DNA of 64,000 bases, taken from IMG/VR virus record IMGVR_UViG_3300046474_000470, positions 20,888 to 84,887 of that record. One strand, written 5' to 3'. Under the pieces are notes generated by a model. It saw only the letters and a program-made list of their open reading frames with translations, did not search any database and was not told the DNA's origin. The stretch is from a virus. The position numbers and the translations under genes are program-made. Shown piece after piece: positions 1 through 9,805 of the stretch. Numbering within the stretch: position 1 is the stretch's first letter; every line of letters starts with the position of its first letter.

Positions 1-741
1 CTGGTCGATGTGGTTCTCGTAGATGTGGGCATCGGCCAGGAACATCGTCAGCGTGCCGGCGGTGTAGCCGGTCCACGCCGCGAACAGCTCCAGCAGCAGG
101 GCGTAGCTGGCGATATTGAAGGGCACGCCGAGGAACATGTCGCAGCTGCGCTGGTACATCGTCATATGCAGGACGCGGCCGTCGACGTGCGGCAGCAGCT
201 GGAACAGCACGTGGCAGGGCGGCAGCGCGGCTTGATCCAGCTCGGCAGCGTTCCAGGCGTTGACGATGATGCGTCGGCTGGTCGAGTTGTAGCGGACGTC
301 GTTCAACGCACGAGCAATCTGGTCGATGCTGGTCGGCGACCAGGTCACTTCACCGGCAGGGCCCTTCAGGTGCGACTCGACCAGCGGACCGCCCCAGTCG
401 CGCCATTGCGCGCCGTAGATCCGGCCAAGGTCATCCTCGCCCTCGCGCGCCGGATTCTTCAGCCACTTCTCATTCTCGTTGGCGTTCTGGTCCCAGATGT
501 TGCAGCCCAGCGCGCGGAAGTCGGCCGCGCTGGTCACGCCGCGCAAGAAGCCGATCAGCTCGCCCTTGACCGCGGCGAAGAACAGCTTCTTCGTGGTGAT
601 GGCCGGGAAGCCTTCGCGCAGATCGAACTTGAGCATGGCGCCGGGCAGCGTCAGGGTATCGATGCCCGTGCGGTTGGACTGGCGGATGCCGTCGCGAAGG
701 ATGGCCTGCAAGAGGCCGAGGTACTGATATTCTTGGGTCAT
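1..741 (-). CDS. thyA: Thymidylate synthase (runs off the window edge; absent from the ORF track)
   Basis: Manual translation from ATG at 741 gives MTQEYQYLGLLQAILRDG..NRTGIDT..FDLREGFPAITTKKL, catalytic ALPPCH and MYQRSCDMFLGVPFNIASY. Confidence 0.95.
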   Translation of the reverse strand, partial: MTQEYQYLGLLQAILRDGIRQSNRTGIDTLTLPGAMLKFDLREGFPAITTKKLFFAAVKGELIGFLRGVTSAADFRALGCNIWDQNANENEKWLKNPAREGEDDLGRIYGAQWRDWGGPLVESHLKGPAGEVTWSPTSIDQIARALNDVRYNSTSRRIIVNAWNAAELDQAALPPCHVLFQLLPHVDGRVLHMTMYQRSCDMFLGVPFNIASYALLLELFAAWTGYTAGTLTMFLADAHIYENHIDQ

Positions 742-941
742 TATTTGCTTTCAGGTTTCAGGGTTACGGTAATTTGGAGGACTTTGGCTTTCGGCATGCC
801 GATGTGGTCAAGGTCGAAATCCTTGACGCCGGAAATAAAGTTCAGATCGCGGCCGGTGTGCTTCTGGATGTATTCGGCCAACGCGGCAGTGACATCCGCT
901 CCGTCGATCTCGATATAGTCGAGCGGCTGGACGACCTTCAC
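741..941 (-). CDS. Hypothetical protein (66 aa)
   Basis: Abuts the ligase and thyA genes with overlapping start/stop codons. Confidence 0.6.
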   Translation of the reverse strand: MKVVQPLDYIEIDGADVTAALAEYIQKHTGRDLNFISGVKDFDLDHIGMPKAKVLQITVTLKPESK

Positions 942-1936
942 GCCGCCTCCTGCGCCGGCATGTCGGTCTTCTCGCGACGCCGCAAGAAGCGTGCCTGCCG
1001 AGGGGCGTCTTTAATGCCCGTATCCAGGCTCACGTATTCCGCCGGCCAGCCGCAGATCTGGTCCGGATTGTTGAACCATTCGACGCGCTGGGCGTGCGTG
1101 GCGCTGCCCGGGCCCAAGCGAATCGGCTGGCTGGTCGCCACGTCGGTCGCGAGGAAGGCGCCGATCATGCCCTTGCCGACCTTGTTCTCCTTGTGGGAGC
1201 TGCGCTCGGTGCGGCCCAAGGCGTTGGTGGTCGCCTCGTTCTGGTTTTCCATCGCCTCTTCAAAACCGGTGATGATGCAGTCCTTGACGGACGCCGGCTT
1301 GAAACGCCAGAAGTCGTTCAGCTTGGCGGTGGCGCGACCGTGCTTGTGCTTCGCTTTCGGGTCGCGGAAAATCGCGCCTTCATAGCCCAGCGCCAGGCAC
1401 TCGTCGATGAAGGCCTGCGCCTGCTCGGCGTCCTCGATAACGACGTAGGGCAGGACGTTGACCCAAGCAGGGTTCGCCTGCTCCACGATCTGCGTCAGAC
1501 GGCTGTAGCGATCCTCGTACGGCAAATCGACGACGTCCGGGTGCAGCCAGTCGAACAGGTTCCAGACGACGTTCGTCGGCAGCTCAGCCTCACCCTTGCG
1601 CAGCTTGCCGCGGCTGGTGATGCCGGTCGTCAGGCTGCACAGCGTCTTCGGCTTGTCGCCCGGCTTGTCGGGCGCTGTCAGGTGCGCCGGCAGCGTGCGG
1701 TTGGTCAGGTAGCCGTCGATCGTCAGCTCGCCGTCGAAGCCTTCGAACACAGGGTCGCTAAACTTCTCGACCAGCGCCGTGTTGGCCAAGTCTTCCAGCG
1801 AGCGCCCGGTGAACTTGCCGGTGACGTGGCAGCCGCGCACACCGTCGACCTTGCGGAAGCCCCAGACAGGGAAGCGCATGCCCTTGAAGTCCGGGGCGAT
1901 GTCGACGGCGAGTTGTGGGAGGATCTTAGTGGTCAT
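938..1936 (-). CDS. ATP-dependent DNA ligase
   Basis: Adenylation motif KVDGVR, then FDGEL, NLFD, YEGAIFR, RFKP and a C-terminal OB-fold-like region. Confidence 0.9.
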   Translation of the reverse strand: MTTKILPQLAVDIAPDFKGMRFPVWGFRKVDGVRGCHVTGKFTGRSLEDLANTALVEKFSDPVFEGFDGELTIDGYLTNRTLPAHLTAPDKPGDKPKTLCSLTTGITSRGKLRKGEAELPTNVVWNLFDWLHPDVVDLPYEDRYSRLTQIVEQANPAWVNVLPYVVIEDAEQAQAFIDECLALGYEGAIFRDPKAKHKHGRATAKLNDFWRFKPASVKDCIITGFEEAMENQNEATTNALGRTERSSHKENKVGKGMIGAFLATDVATSQPIRLGPGSATHAQRVEWFNNPDQICGWPAEYVSLDTGIKDAPRQARFLRRREKTDMPAQEAA

Positions 1937-2160
1937 TAGTTTTTCTCCACGATGATATCGATGGCTGCGTTGAAGTGAAGGGGGAGGTGCGAGTGGGAAG
2001 ACGGGACAGGCACACGCTCGCCGTCGTCGAACAGCGAGACGTCAGCGTGGCTAAGAATCGTCAGACTCGACGCAAGATGCTTCGCAAGTGTCGTCTTGCC
2101 GCTGCCAGTGTTGCCGCTGATCGTGATGGTGATAACGGGCTTGGTGTCGCTTTTGTTCAT
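1936..2160 (-). CDS. Small P-loop protein (about 74 aa)
   Basis: Likely start MNKSDTK at 2160; Walker A GNTGSGKTT after a hydrophobic strand. Confidence 0.55.
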   Translation of the reverse strand: MNKSDTKPVITITISGNTGSGKTTLAKHLASSLTILSHADVSLFDDGERVPVPSSHSHLPLHFNAAIDIIVEKN

Positions 2161-2206
2161 GGTTGCTTTCAGGTTACGTGCCCGGCGCGCGGCCGGGCTG
2201 GGTGGG

Positions 2207-2569
2207 TTATACGGTGAGTGGGTAGAGACGGCCGATCTCTTTCGCAAGGTCTGCCATCTGGTCGTGCAGCGCCTCGATGCGATGCTCAACCAGGTCATGG
2301 TCGAGTAGGAATTCGCAGTTCGGATGGGCGCCGGGCGTGCGCATCCGCTTCCAGTCAAAGCCGGTGCCGCTCTTCGGGCCTTCAACCTTGATGCCGTGCA
2401 CGCTACCCGGATACATGCGGTCCCAGACCTCCTGTATCCGATGCTCCATGTCCTCGACATAGTTCTGGTAGCTCACCAGCACGTAGACAGCGCGGCCGGC
2501 GCGCGCTAGCTGTACCGCCTTCTCGATCATGCGCGTGGTGCGACCGGTCTGCATCAGAGCGCTATTCAT
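2207..2569 (-). CDS. Hypothetical protein with degenerate P-loop-like N-terminus
   Basis: QTGRTTRMI..AVYVLV resembles a Walker A followed by a beta strand. Confidence 0.55.
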   Translation of the reverse strand: MNSALMQTGRTTRMIEKAVQLARAGRAVYVLVSYQNYVEDMEHRIQEVWDRMYPGSVHGIKVEGPKSGTGFDWKRMRTPGAHPNCEFLLDHDLVEHRIEALHDQMADLAKEIGRLYPLTV

Positions 2570-3406
2570 TTCCTCTTTCCTTTCTGGTTGCGACGGTACA
2601 CGGTCATCTGGGCCAGCGCTTTGAAGATGTGCTGGGTCTCCTTGCCGTACAGGAGCACCACACTAAGGCGCACCGGCGCATCCAGGTCGGAGTAGTGCAC
2701 GTCGGCGTCTATCGCCTCCAACGCCCAGCTGCCCCGGCGCGCGCCGGACTGAAGCCGCCCAAGTTCTTCGCGGCTGGCCATCACCCGGACCTGCAGGCGC
2801 GTCCGGAGCATGCCCGGCGCGCCGGGGCGGCCCTCCATGGCGGCGCTCAGCTCCCAGCCGGCGATGCCCTTCGACGAGATGCTCAAGGTGCGGGCGACGG
2901 CCTCTGCGACGAGATCCTTCATGCGCTCACCTCGACGGCGGCCTGTTTCAGCTTCAGCGCCAGATCCGGCGACGCCATGTGGATCACGACGTCCGAGTCG
3001 TCACCAGTGCCGAAGATGTCGCCGAAGATGGCGTTGAAAGTCTCGCCAAAGCCGCCACGCTTCAGGCCTGACACGATCAGGATCTGGCCGTCCGGCGATA
3101 CCAGCTTCGTCATCCCTTCCCACTGCGACTGCACCGTGAGGTGAGCCAGCTCAACGGTCCCGATCGTCAGGGTATAGATCTCATTGCGTTTCAACTGCGC
3201 TTTCATGCCGCCTCCTAGAGTTTTACGTGTGATCCGTCGCATAGCTTGTGCAGCCAAAACCACGGATCGTTGTGAGGGTGCTCTCGATATTCCTTGCCGC
3301 AGATCGAGCAGATACAACCGCCGCCGGCGCGCCGGAAGTCCGGGCAAGGCGTGGTCTTCTGCTCAGCCCGCATCCGATCTTCCTCAGCCATCGTGATGAA
3401 GCTCAC
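2566..3406 (-). other. Three small hypothetical CDSs (2566-2922, 2919-3206, 3215-3406; the last is Cys/His-rich)
   Basis: Tightly packed co-directional ORFs with ATGA overlaps and SD sequences. Confidence 0.55.
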
Positions 3407-6400
3407 GCTGCCTCCTTGATTTCGCCGCGCTTACGCATCTCGGAATACATCTCGGCCAGCCCCTTGTCGATTGCCTCTTTCGTAGGGTACGCACCGATCT
3501 CAGTCTGCCGATAGAAGTTCGGGCCGAACGAGATGGTCGACACGACTTCCAGATCCATGGTGGCGTACGGCGCCACCATGGCGGCGTGGCAGCGCGGCAG
3601 GAACTCGTAAAGGTCCTTAATGCGCACCGACCAGACAAGTTCGTCGTGGATCGGCCCGTAGCAGACCGCGTCGAAGTCGTACGCAAGGTTGTCACGCCAC
3701 ATGCGGCCTTCGGCAAGCTTGGTCTGCTCGCCGGCCGCGCCCTGCACCTTGAAGTTGACCGCCTGGCGCTCCGCTTTCGATTTCTCGAAGTTGGTGCCGT
3801 TGAGCAGCTGGTCGCTCAGGTGGCGCACGGCGCCCATCATGGTCCGCACGACGCCGTGCTCCTTGACCTCTTCGCGGATGGTTGCCTTCCACTGCTCGGC
3901 GATCGGATACATCGCCGCGCGCGCATCGAGGAACAGCTGGGCACGCTCGACCGAGATCATGAGCGTTGCGGCCACCTTCTCGGCCATGGCGCCGTATTCC
4001 GCCGTGAAGTTCACCTTCTTGCCCAGGCCGCGGATGTCCTTGGCCAGCTTTTTCATCTCGGCATTCAGCGCGCCTTCCAGCGCCTTCTCGTAATCCTCGT
4101 AGGTCCAGTCGAGCTTGTTCTCCTCGCGGATGATACCGAGCGCCGTAATGGTGTGCGGCGACTTGCGCTTCTCGCCCTGGAAGCAGGACAGCGCGTTCGG
4201 GTCCTGCGACTGGAACGCGATCAGGACCATTTCCTGCGAGTCGAAGTCCATGGAGACGATCACGGCGTCAGGCCGGTGCGGCACGATCACCTCGCGGAAC
4301 TTGGCCTCCTGCCCTTCGATCTTGGCGTGTTTGGGCAGCTGCTGCTTGTTCGGCTTGCTCTCGCTGGCGCGCCGGGTGTTGGTGGCGGCCTGGTTGTGCT
4401 GCGAGCGCACCTTGCCGTCCTTCCAGTGCGGGAAGTATGGGTACTTCGAGTAGAACAGCGTGCGGCGCGTGGTGACCATGCCCATCAGCTTCAGGGCTTC
4501 CAGCACGGGCTTCTGCTCCGGCATGCAGTCCTGCAAGGCGTAGGCCACCGCCAGCGCGTCCGTCTTCGGCGTGCCCTCGCGGATGCCGGCCTTCTTCATC
4601 GCGTCGGTCGGCATGTTGCGCACGCGGATCGGCAAGCCCATTACCTCGTACATCAGCTTCTGCATCTGCAGCGGCGAGCCCTTGTTGAACTGCGGCTCGC
4701 CCTTGAAGTAGGAGCGGACGTAGTCGGTGAATCCCTTCTCGGCCTGATGAATTTCCTGCAGATCTTCATCCTGCCCGGTGTCCTCGTCGGCAGTCCTCTT
4801 TGCGTCGACCAGCAGCTCCAGCATCCGAGCGAACTGCAGGTGCTCGGTCTGGGTCTCGATGAACTTCACGATCTTCGACGGCGTGCGCATCATCGTGTCC
4901 AGCACCTGGCCGGTCACGATCGTGTAGGCCTCCTTGATCTGCGCCGGCGTGATGTCGACCGTGTACTGAGGCGGCGCCGTGCCGGCCCAGCCCTGCTCGA
5001 TCAGGTACTCGCGTACCACCGCCCAGGCGGCTTCGTACGTGATGTCGTCCTCGCGCTCGAGTTCCTTGCAGCGCGCCACCGACACCTCGGTGCCGTCGAT
5101 GAAGTTCTTCGCGTGCTGGTAAGCAGCGTCGATCTCCACCTCCAGATAGACCTTGTACGAGTGCTCCAGCTGCAGGAACAGCTTGTAGTAGTTGTGCAGG
5201 GCGATCGTGCAGATGGTGTCGTCGGCGCCGTACCCAAGGACGTGCTGCGCCGATAACTCGTTCATCTTGTAGCGGCGCGTCTCGGTGGCCAGGATCGGCT
5301 CGCCGTCGTCGCCCAGCTTCAGCTGCGTCTTCGTGATCTCGGCCGGCACCATGCCAGCGGCGAGCTCCTCATCGGTCATCGGCTCGAACTTGCCGGTGCC
5401 GACCGTCTCGTAGACGTAGTCCTCGCGCAGCAGCTTGCCGCCCCTGGGCAGCGTGCCCGGCGCGCCGGTCAGCGTGCAGGTTTCCTCGTAGGTCTCCTGG
5501 CGGTAGCCCAAGGTCCCATGCGAGCGCTGCTTCAGGCCTGTCGGGATGTTCTCGTTGACGTAGTTCGCCTCGAACTTCGTGTCGCGCACGTTCGGCAGGA
5601 AGCCGTGGTAGCCATTGTCCATCTGGCGCGCGCCCCACTCGTTGAACAGGACCGCCAGCTCGAACGAGACGTTCTGGATGATCAGTTCCTTGTCCTGCGG
5701 GATCGCAGCGATGAACTGGCGCAGCTCCTCGCTGTCGACGTTGTCGGTGTCGGCGTGGTCGACCGGGAAGTACAGCGTGTACTGGTTGTTCGGGCCGAAG
5801 GTCAGCGCCAGACCGGTCAGCTTCGAGCCGAACACGTCGACGCCGTCCGGATCGCCCAGCGCGGCCAGCCACTCGTCCGATTCGTCCGGGGTGGACGTCT
5901 CGATGTCCAGCGCGATGTCGCGCGAGGCGAGGATGTGCGGCGTGGCCCAGGCGCAGGCCTGCTCGAAGGTGGCGCCGGTCACCAGCCGCACGCGGCCGTA
6001 CCAGGGCTTCAGGCGCGGGTCGTAGTCGGTGGCGGCCAGCTGGCGCACCATGCCGGCTTCCCAATGCAGCGGCTGGCGCATGGTGTTGACCCACTCAGGC
6101 CGCACGCGCGCCAGATCGAAGCAGCGGATCACCTGCGGCGCGTTGTCGAGGATCATCTGCAGCAGCTTGTCCTGCGGGCCGGAGATGTAGTCGGCCAGCG
6201 GCGACAGGTCGCTCCGGAGCAGCATGGCGTGGATCTCGGCCACACCGTCGTAGCCGTATTGGCGGCAAAACCGCGCCCAGGCGCTATTATCGCCCTTGGC
6301 GCCGAAGCCCGGGCAGCCCTTGATGTTGTCGGACGAGTCGCCGACCAGCGCCTTGTAGGTAGTGACCAGGTGGTAGTCGAAGGTGCCGTACTTGTTGAAC

Positions 6401-6930
6401 TCGAACATCTCGTTGATCCACGTCGAGACGCGCGCGCCGTGGGCGTTCGGGTGCAGGTTCAACACCGTCAAGTCGTTGTCGAACGTGGCGACGATCAGGT
6501 CGTCCTCGGTGTTGAAGGCCAGCCACGCGAGCGTGTCGTCACCCTCGGCGAAGTCCTGATACATGACCTGGGCGCCGAGCTCGAGGAAGGTCTGCTTGAG
6601 CATGTCGCGCAGCTTGTGGAATTCCTCGTAGGCCTGCGGCGGCCGGCTGCCGGCGCCGCCGCCCTTGTACTGGTTGTCGATCAGAAGGCGCTTGGACTTG
6701 CTGTTCTGCCCTTCGAAGACTAGGATCACGTCGACCGGGTTCTTCTTGTACTGCTTCATCACGTCGAGCATGCGGCCCAGCGTGTTGTCGTAGCCGTAGG
6801 CTGCGCTGTTGATGTAGACCTTCTTGCCTTCGTGCTCGACTTCGAAACCGTTCTCGCCATCTTTGCCCCAGCTCATCATCGTCCACATGAAGGACGACAT
6901 GTCGAAGGCAAGTCGTTGGTATTTTTTCAC
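3403..6930 (-). CDS. polA: Family A DNA polymerase with 5'-3' exonuclease, 3'-5' exonuclease and polymerase domains
   Basis: AGGAG then GTG at 6930. 5' nuclease motifs EGDD, DND and GDSSDNIKG; ExoI DIETS; ExoIII YGADD; motif A DFDSQE; motif B RxxxKxxNFxxxYG; motif C IHDE. Confidence 0.93.
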   Translation of the reverse strand: MKKYQRLAFDMSSFMWTMMSWGKDGENGFEVEHEGKKVYINSAAYGYDNTLGRMLDVMKQYKKNPVDVILVFEGQNSKSKRLLIDNQYKGGGAGSRPPQAYEEFHKLRDMLKQTFLELGAQVMYQDFAEGDDTLAWLAFNTEDDLIVATFDNDLTVLNLHPNAHGARVSTWINEMFEFNKYGTFDYHLVTTYKALVGDSSDNIKGCPGFGAKGDNSAWARFCRQYGYDGVAEIHAMLLRSDLSPLADYISGPQDKLLQMILDNAPQVIRCFDLARVRPEWVNTMRQPLHWEAGMVRQLAATDYDPRLKPWYGRVRLVTGATFEQACAWATPHILASRDIALDIETSTPDESDEWLAALGDPDGVDVFGSKLTGLALTFGPNNQYTLYFPVDHADTDNVDSEELRQFIAAIPQDKELIIQNVSFELAVLFNEWGARQMDNGYHGFLPNVRDTKFEANYVNENIPTGLKQRSHGTLGYRQETYEETCTLTGAPGTLPRGGKLLREDYVYETVGTGKFEPMTDEELAAGMVPAEITKTQLKLGDDGEPILATETRRYKMNELSAQHVLGYGADDTICTIALHNYYKLFLQLEHSYKVYLEVEIDAAYQHAKNFIDGTEVSVARCKELEREDDITYEAAWAVVREYLIEQGWAGTAPPQYTVDITPAQIKEAYTIVTGQVLDTMMRTPSKIVKFIETQTEHLQFARMLELLVDAKRTADEDTGQDEDLQEIHQAEKGFTDYVRSYFKGEPQFNKGSPLQMQKLMYEVMGLPIRVRNMPTDAMKKAGIREGTPKTDALAVAYALQDCMPEQKPVLEALKLMGMVTTRRTLFYSKYPYFPHWKDGKVRSQHNQAATNTRRASESKPNKQQLPKHAKIEGQEAKFREVIVPHRPDAVIVSMDFDSQEMVLIAFQSQDPNALSCFQGEKRKSPHTITALGIIREENKLDWTYEDYEKALEGALNAEMKKLAKDIRGLGKKVNFTAEYGAMAEKVAATLMISVERAQLFLDARAAMYPIAEQWKATIREEVKEHGVVRTMMGAVRHLSDQLLNGTNFEKSKAERQAVNFKVQGAAGEQTKLAEGRMWRDNLAYDFDAVCYGPIHDELVWSVRIKDLYEFLPRCHAAMVAPYATMDLEVVSTISFGPNFYRQTEIGAYPTKEAIDKGLAEMYSEMRKRGEIKEAA

Positions 6931-7118
6931 TGAAGTGCTCCTGTAGAAATGGCTCCGATAATCGCGAGGCACGCCGTCCAGATGGCAGCCACCGTCGAGA
7001 AGTGGCGCTGCCACTCATAGTGGCCGCTGCGGTGCGCCCTGCTTGCCCATCGGATGTTCATGAAGGCGTAGTACGCCGCGAGGCAGCCAATCGCTGCCCG
7101 AACAGCCATGACCATCAT
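6927..7118 (-). CDS. Small two-TM membrane protein
   Basis: Two hydrophobic segments; coupled to neighbouring genes. Confidence 0.5.
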   Translation of the reverse strand: MMVMAVRAAIGCLAAYYAFMNIRWASRAHRSGHYEWQRHFSTVAAIWTACLAIIGAISTGALQ

Positions 7119-7357
7119 GCTCGCCTCCGCAGCTTCGCCTGCTGTTCCTTCTTCGTCTCGCAAGTCGTGCAGCGGATCCGCTTGTAGGCGATGCGCACAC
7201 CCGGCAGCTCGACGCCGCAGTCGGCCTCGATGCAGTGCACGCCGTCGAAGTCGGGGTGGGTCTGAGTCAGCTGCAGCCGCACGCGCGCCAGGGCGTCAAC
7301 GTTGGCCTGCTCCTGCATCTCGGCGGCCACGTCCAGTTCGTCGCTGCGCTCGCTCAT
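7115..7357 (-). CDS. TraR/DksA-family C4 zinc-finger protein
   Basis: N-terminal DxxDxA (SDELDVA) and CxxxxC..R..CxxC zinc finger. Confidence 0.85.
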   Translation of the reverse strand: MSERSDELDVAAEMQEQANVDALARVRLQLTQTHPDFDGVHCIEADCGVELPGVRIAYKRIRCTTCETKKEQQAKLRRRA

Positions 7358-7905
7358 GCTGCACCATCCAGCAGGCCGTAGTGCAGCTGCAGCACCGCGG
7401 CGTCGAGGAAGCCGCTGTTGTCGATCTCGATGTCGCCCTCGACAACCGCGATGCCGGCTTCAGACGCGTGGCCGGCGTTGGCGCCCAGATCGGCGGCGCG
7501 GCCGGTGACGTGCAGCACCTTGCCGCCTAGGCGCCGGATCATCGCCGCCTCGTTCTCGAAGCGCACGTCCGACAGGACGAAGCGCGGGCCGGTGCCGGGC
7601 AGCGAGTACAGCGCTGCTTCGCGGGCGATGCGCTGCTCGACCACCTTGGTCCAGATCTCGGCATCCAGTGCGCGGCCCCACTCGGTGCCCAGCTTCTGCG
7701 CGGCTTCGCGCCAGGTAAAGTCGAAGCCCGGTACCGGCATCTCCTTCAGTTCGCGCGAAGCCGGCTCCGGCATGCCGGCGGCCGCCAGCATCGCCTTCAG
7801 CGGGCCGGCAAACGACAGCTTGGTAAAGCCGTGCTCACGCACGAGGTAATCGGCAAGTGTGTCCTTGCCTGCGCCGGCCTTGCCGGTCATCCCTGCTAAA
7901 ATCAT
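7354..7905 (-). CDS. Deoxynucleoside monophosphate kinase
   Basis: GKAGAGKDT, SFAGPLK, QKLGTEWGR, SDVRFENE, HASE. Confidence 0.9.
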   Translation of the reverse strand: MILAGMTGKAGAGKDTLADYLVREHGFTKLSFAGPLKAMLAAAGMPEPASRELKEMPVPGFDFTWREAAQKLGTEWGRALDAEIWTKVVEQRIAREAALYSLPGTGPRFVLSDVRFENEAAMIRRLGGKVLHVTGRAADLGANAGHASEAGIAVVEGDIEIDNSGFLDAAVLQLHYGLLDGAA

Positions 7906-8126
7906 TTGACTCCCCTATGGAACAGCCAGTTGAAGAACCGGCGGAAATAGTAGCCTCGCACGAGCGAGACGATTGTGAAGAACACGGTGATGGCGATGCT
8001 GTCCCGGGCCGACGACTGCAGATGCCAGACCGGGTTGACGACGAAGTGCTGCAGCAGCGCGCTGATGATGAACGCGGCGCCGGTGCTGACCAGCACTTCG
8101 ATCAAGGTGTGTCGACGGGTTTGCAT
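7902..8126 (-). CDS. Small membrane protein
   Basis: Two TM segments; MQTRRHTLIE..SLVRGYYFRRFFN pattern common in phage nucleotide-metabolism clusters. Confidence 0.7.
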   Translation of the reverse strand: MQTRRHTLIEVLVSTGAAFIISALLQHFVVNPVWHLQSSARDSIAITVFFTIVSLVRGYYFRRFFNWLFHRGVK

Positions 8127-9172
8127 ACGCCCTCTCTCTGCAGGTTTGCGGGCAGGGCCCGGTACTGATCCTCGAACCAGGCGCGGATCGATTCGAGCTT
8201 CTTCTGCGCCAGCGCATATGGGAACTGGGCGCCGGCGAACACGCAGTGCTTGAACTTCGTGGCGCTGATGATTTCAGGCACCAGCAAGTTGTGCCAGATC
8301 TGCAGCTTGCTGCGGTCGGTCATCGCAATGTCGTCGACGATCTCGATGCAGTCGCGATACACCTGCTCGGTGCGGCGCAGCAGCGGCAGATCCAGCGGCA
8401 GCAGCTTGAGCTGGGTGGCCAGCTCCGGGCAATGTCCGCCCAAGGTCAGGATGCGCAGCGCCTGCAAGGCGTAGTCCATGCCCTGGAACTCGGCGATGCG
8501 CCGGCGATGCACGTTCAGCACCGAGCGCAGCATCGCCAGCTGGTCGAAGCGGCACTCGTAATCGGCCTCGCCGCGGCTGGTCTCCAGCATATCCTGCACC
8601 ATGCCGGATACACTTTCGTCCCACGGCGACTCGCAGGCCGGCCGGCCGTTCTTGACGCCGATGATCGAGCGGTCGGGCAGGATGACGTGGTAGTTGTCCT
8701 CGTCGCTGACGACGTCCAGCACCGGCAGCGACTGGGCCGCGACGTGCGCGACCTCGATCGAGAACATGGCGCCGGCGGACATCTCGAGCCGGGCCGGGTA
8801 GCCGACTGGGACCGAGAAGAAGTAGGCGCGCTGGCCGAGCCGCACCTTGGGCATGCCCCAGCTGCAGTTGGCGAACGCGCCGCGCCGCATGGCGTTCGAC
8901 GGCCGGTACCAGAGGTCGTCCAGCGTCTTGAGCCAGAAGCGGCGCAGCAGCGCCTCGTCGACCGGCGCCGGCGCATTCAGGTAATCGGACAGAGGCACGC
9001 CGCCCAAGGTTGCCTTGGTCGCCAGCGGCGGCGCCACCCACGGCAGATCCACCAGCTCGACCCGGCCCGGGTTGCGCTCCTCTTCCGAGAGGGGAGACGC
9101 GACAAAAGCGGCCGAAACCGCTTTTGCCAGGGCCCGGACCTGCGCTGGTGCGCTGATCAGGTGCGAGCTCAT
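8102..9172 (-). CDS. Hypothetical protein (356 aa)
   Basis: Long co-directional ORF with normal composition; no recognised motif. Confidence 0.7.
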   Translation of the reverse strand: MSSHLISAPAQVRALAKAVSAAFVASPLSEEERNPGRVELVDLPWVAPPLATKATLGGVPLSDYLNAPAPVDEALLRRFWLKTLDDLWYRPSNAMRRGAFANCSWGMPKVRLGQRAYFFSVPVGYPARLEMSAGAMFSIEVAHVAAQSLPVLDVVSDEDNYHVILPDRSIIGVKNGRPACESPWDESVSGMVQDMLETSRGEADYECRFDQLAMLRSVLNVHRRRIAEFQGMDYALQALRILTLGGHCPELATQLKLLPLDLPLLRRTEQVYRDCIEIVDDIAMTDRSKLQIWHNLLVPEIISATKFKHCVFAGAQFPYALAQKKLESIRAWFEDQYRALPANLQREGVCKPVDTP

Positions 9173-9174
9173 GA

Positions 9175-9789
9175 TCAGCTATTCCGTGCGTCTTCGCCAC
9201 CCTTGTCGGCGCGCGCCTCGGCGGCCACGTCACTATAGGCTTCCGGGTAGCGCTCCTGCAGCTTGGCGATGTTGTCACGCGCGATGTCGATCAGCTCGGC
9301 GCCAATCAGGTGGGACAGGTCGACCAGGGCGATCAGGATCTGGCGCACTTCGAAGATCAGGTCGACGTCGCTCGGCTCGCCGACCAGCTCGTCCTCGACA
9401 CGCTGCGAGATGCGGCCGGCGGCGATCGTCAGGCGGCGCGAGACGCTGGCCAGATGGCCCTTCAGGCGGTCGCCGGTCGGCGGGTTGCCGGTAAGCGAGG
9501 TCGGCACGCGGCCGAACGCTTCGCCTTCTGGATCGAACTCGCGGGTGATGATCGGCAGGTACCACAGGACGTCGCCCGACTCTTCCTTCAGGTGGTCGCG
9601 CAGCGTGGTCTTGCCGTCCTTGTTCAGGTCGTCCAGCGACTTACCGTAGATGCAGATGCGCTTGATGATGGTGGCGATCTCGCCGGTCTCGGTGGCCACG
9701 CCCAAGGCGGCGTGCTCCATGCGAGCGAAGACGGTCGGCAGGGCTTTCTCGGTGCGTGCGGCGAGGGCAGGGTACTGTACGAAGTTCAT
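9175..9789 (-). CDS. MazG-like NTP pyrophosphohydrolase
   Basis: ETGE..K..EESGDVLWY and C-terminal NIAKLQERYP. Confidence 0.85.
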   Translation of the reverse strand: MNFVQYPALAARTEKALPTVFARMEHAALGVATETGEIATIIKRICIYGKSLDDLNKDGKTTLRDHLKEESGDVLWYLPIITREFDPEGEAFGRVPTSLTGNPPTGDRLKGHLASVSRRLTIAAGRISQRVEDELVGEPSDVDLIFEVRQILIALVDLSHLIGAELIDIARDNIAKLQERYPEAYSDVAAEARADKGGEDARNS

Positions 9790-9805
9790 GGTGTGGGTCC
9801 TTTTC

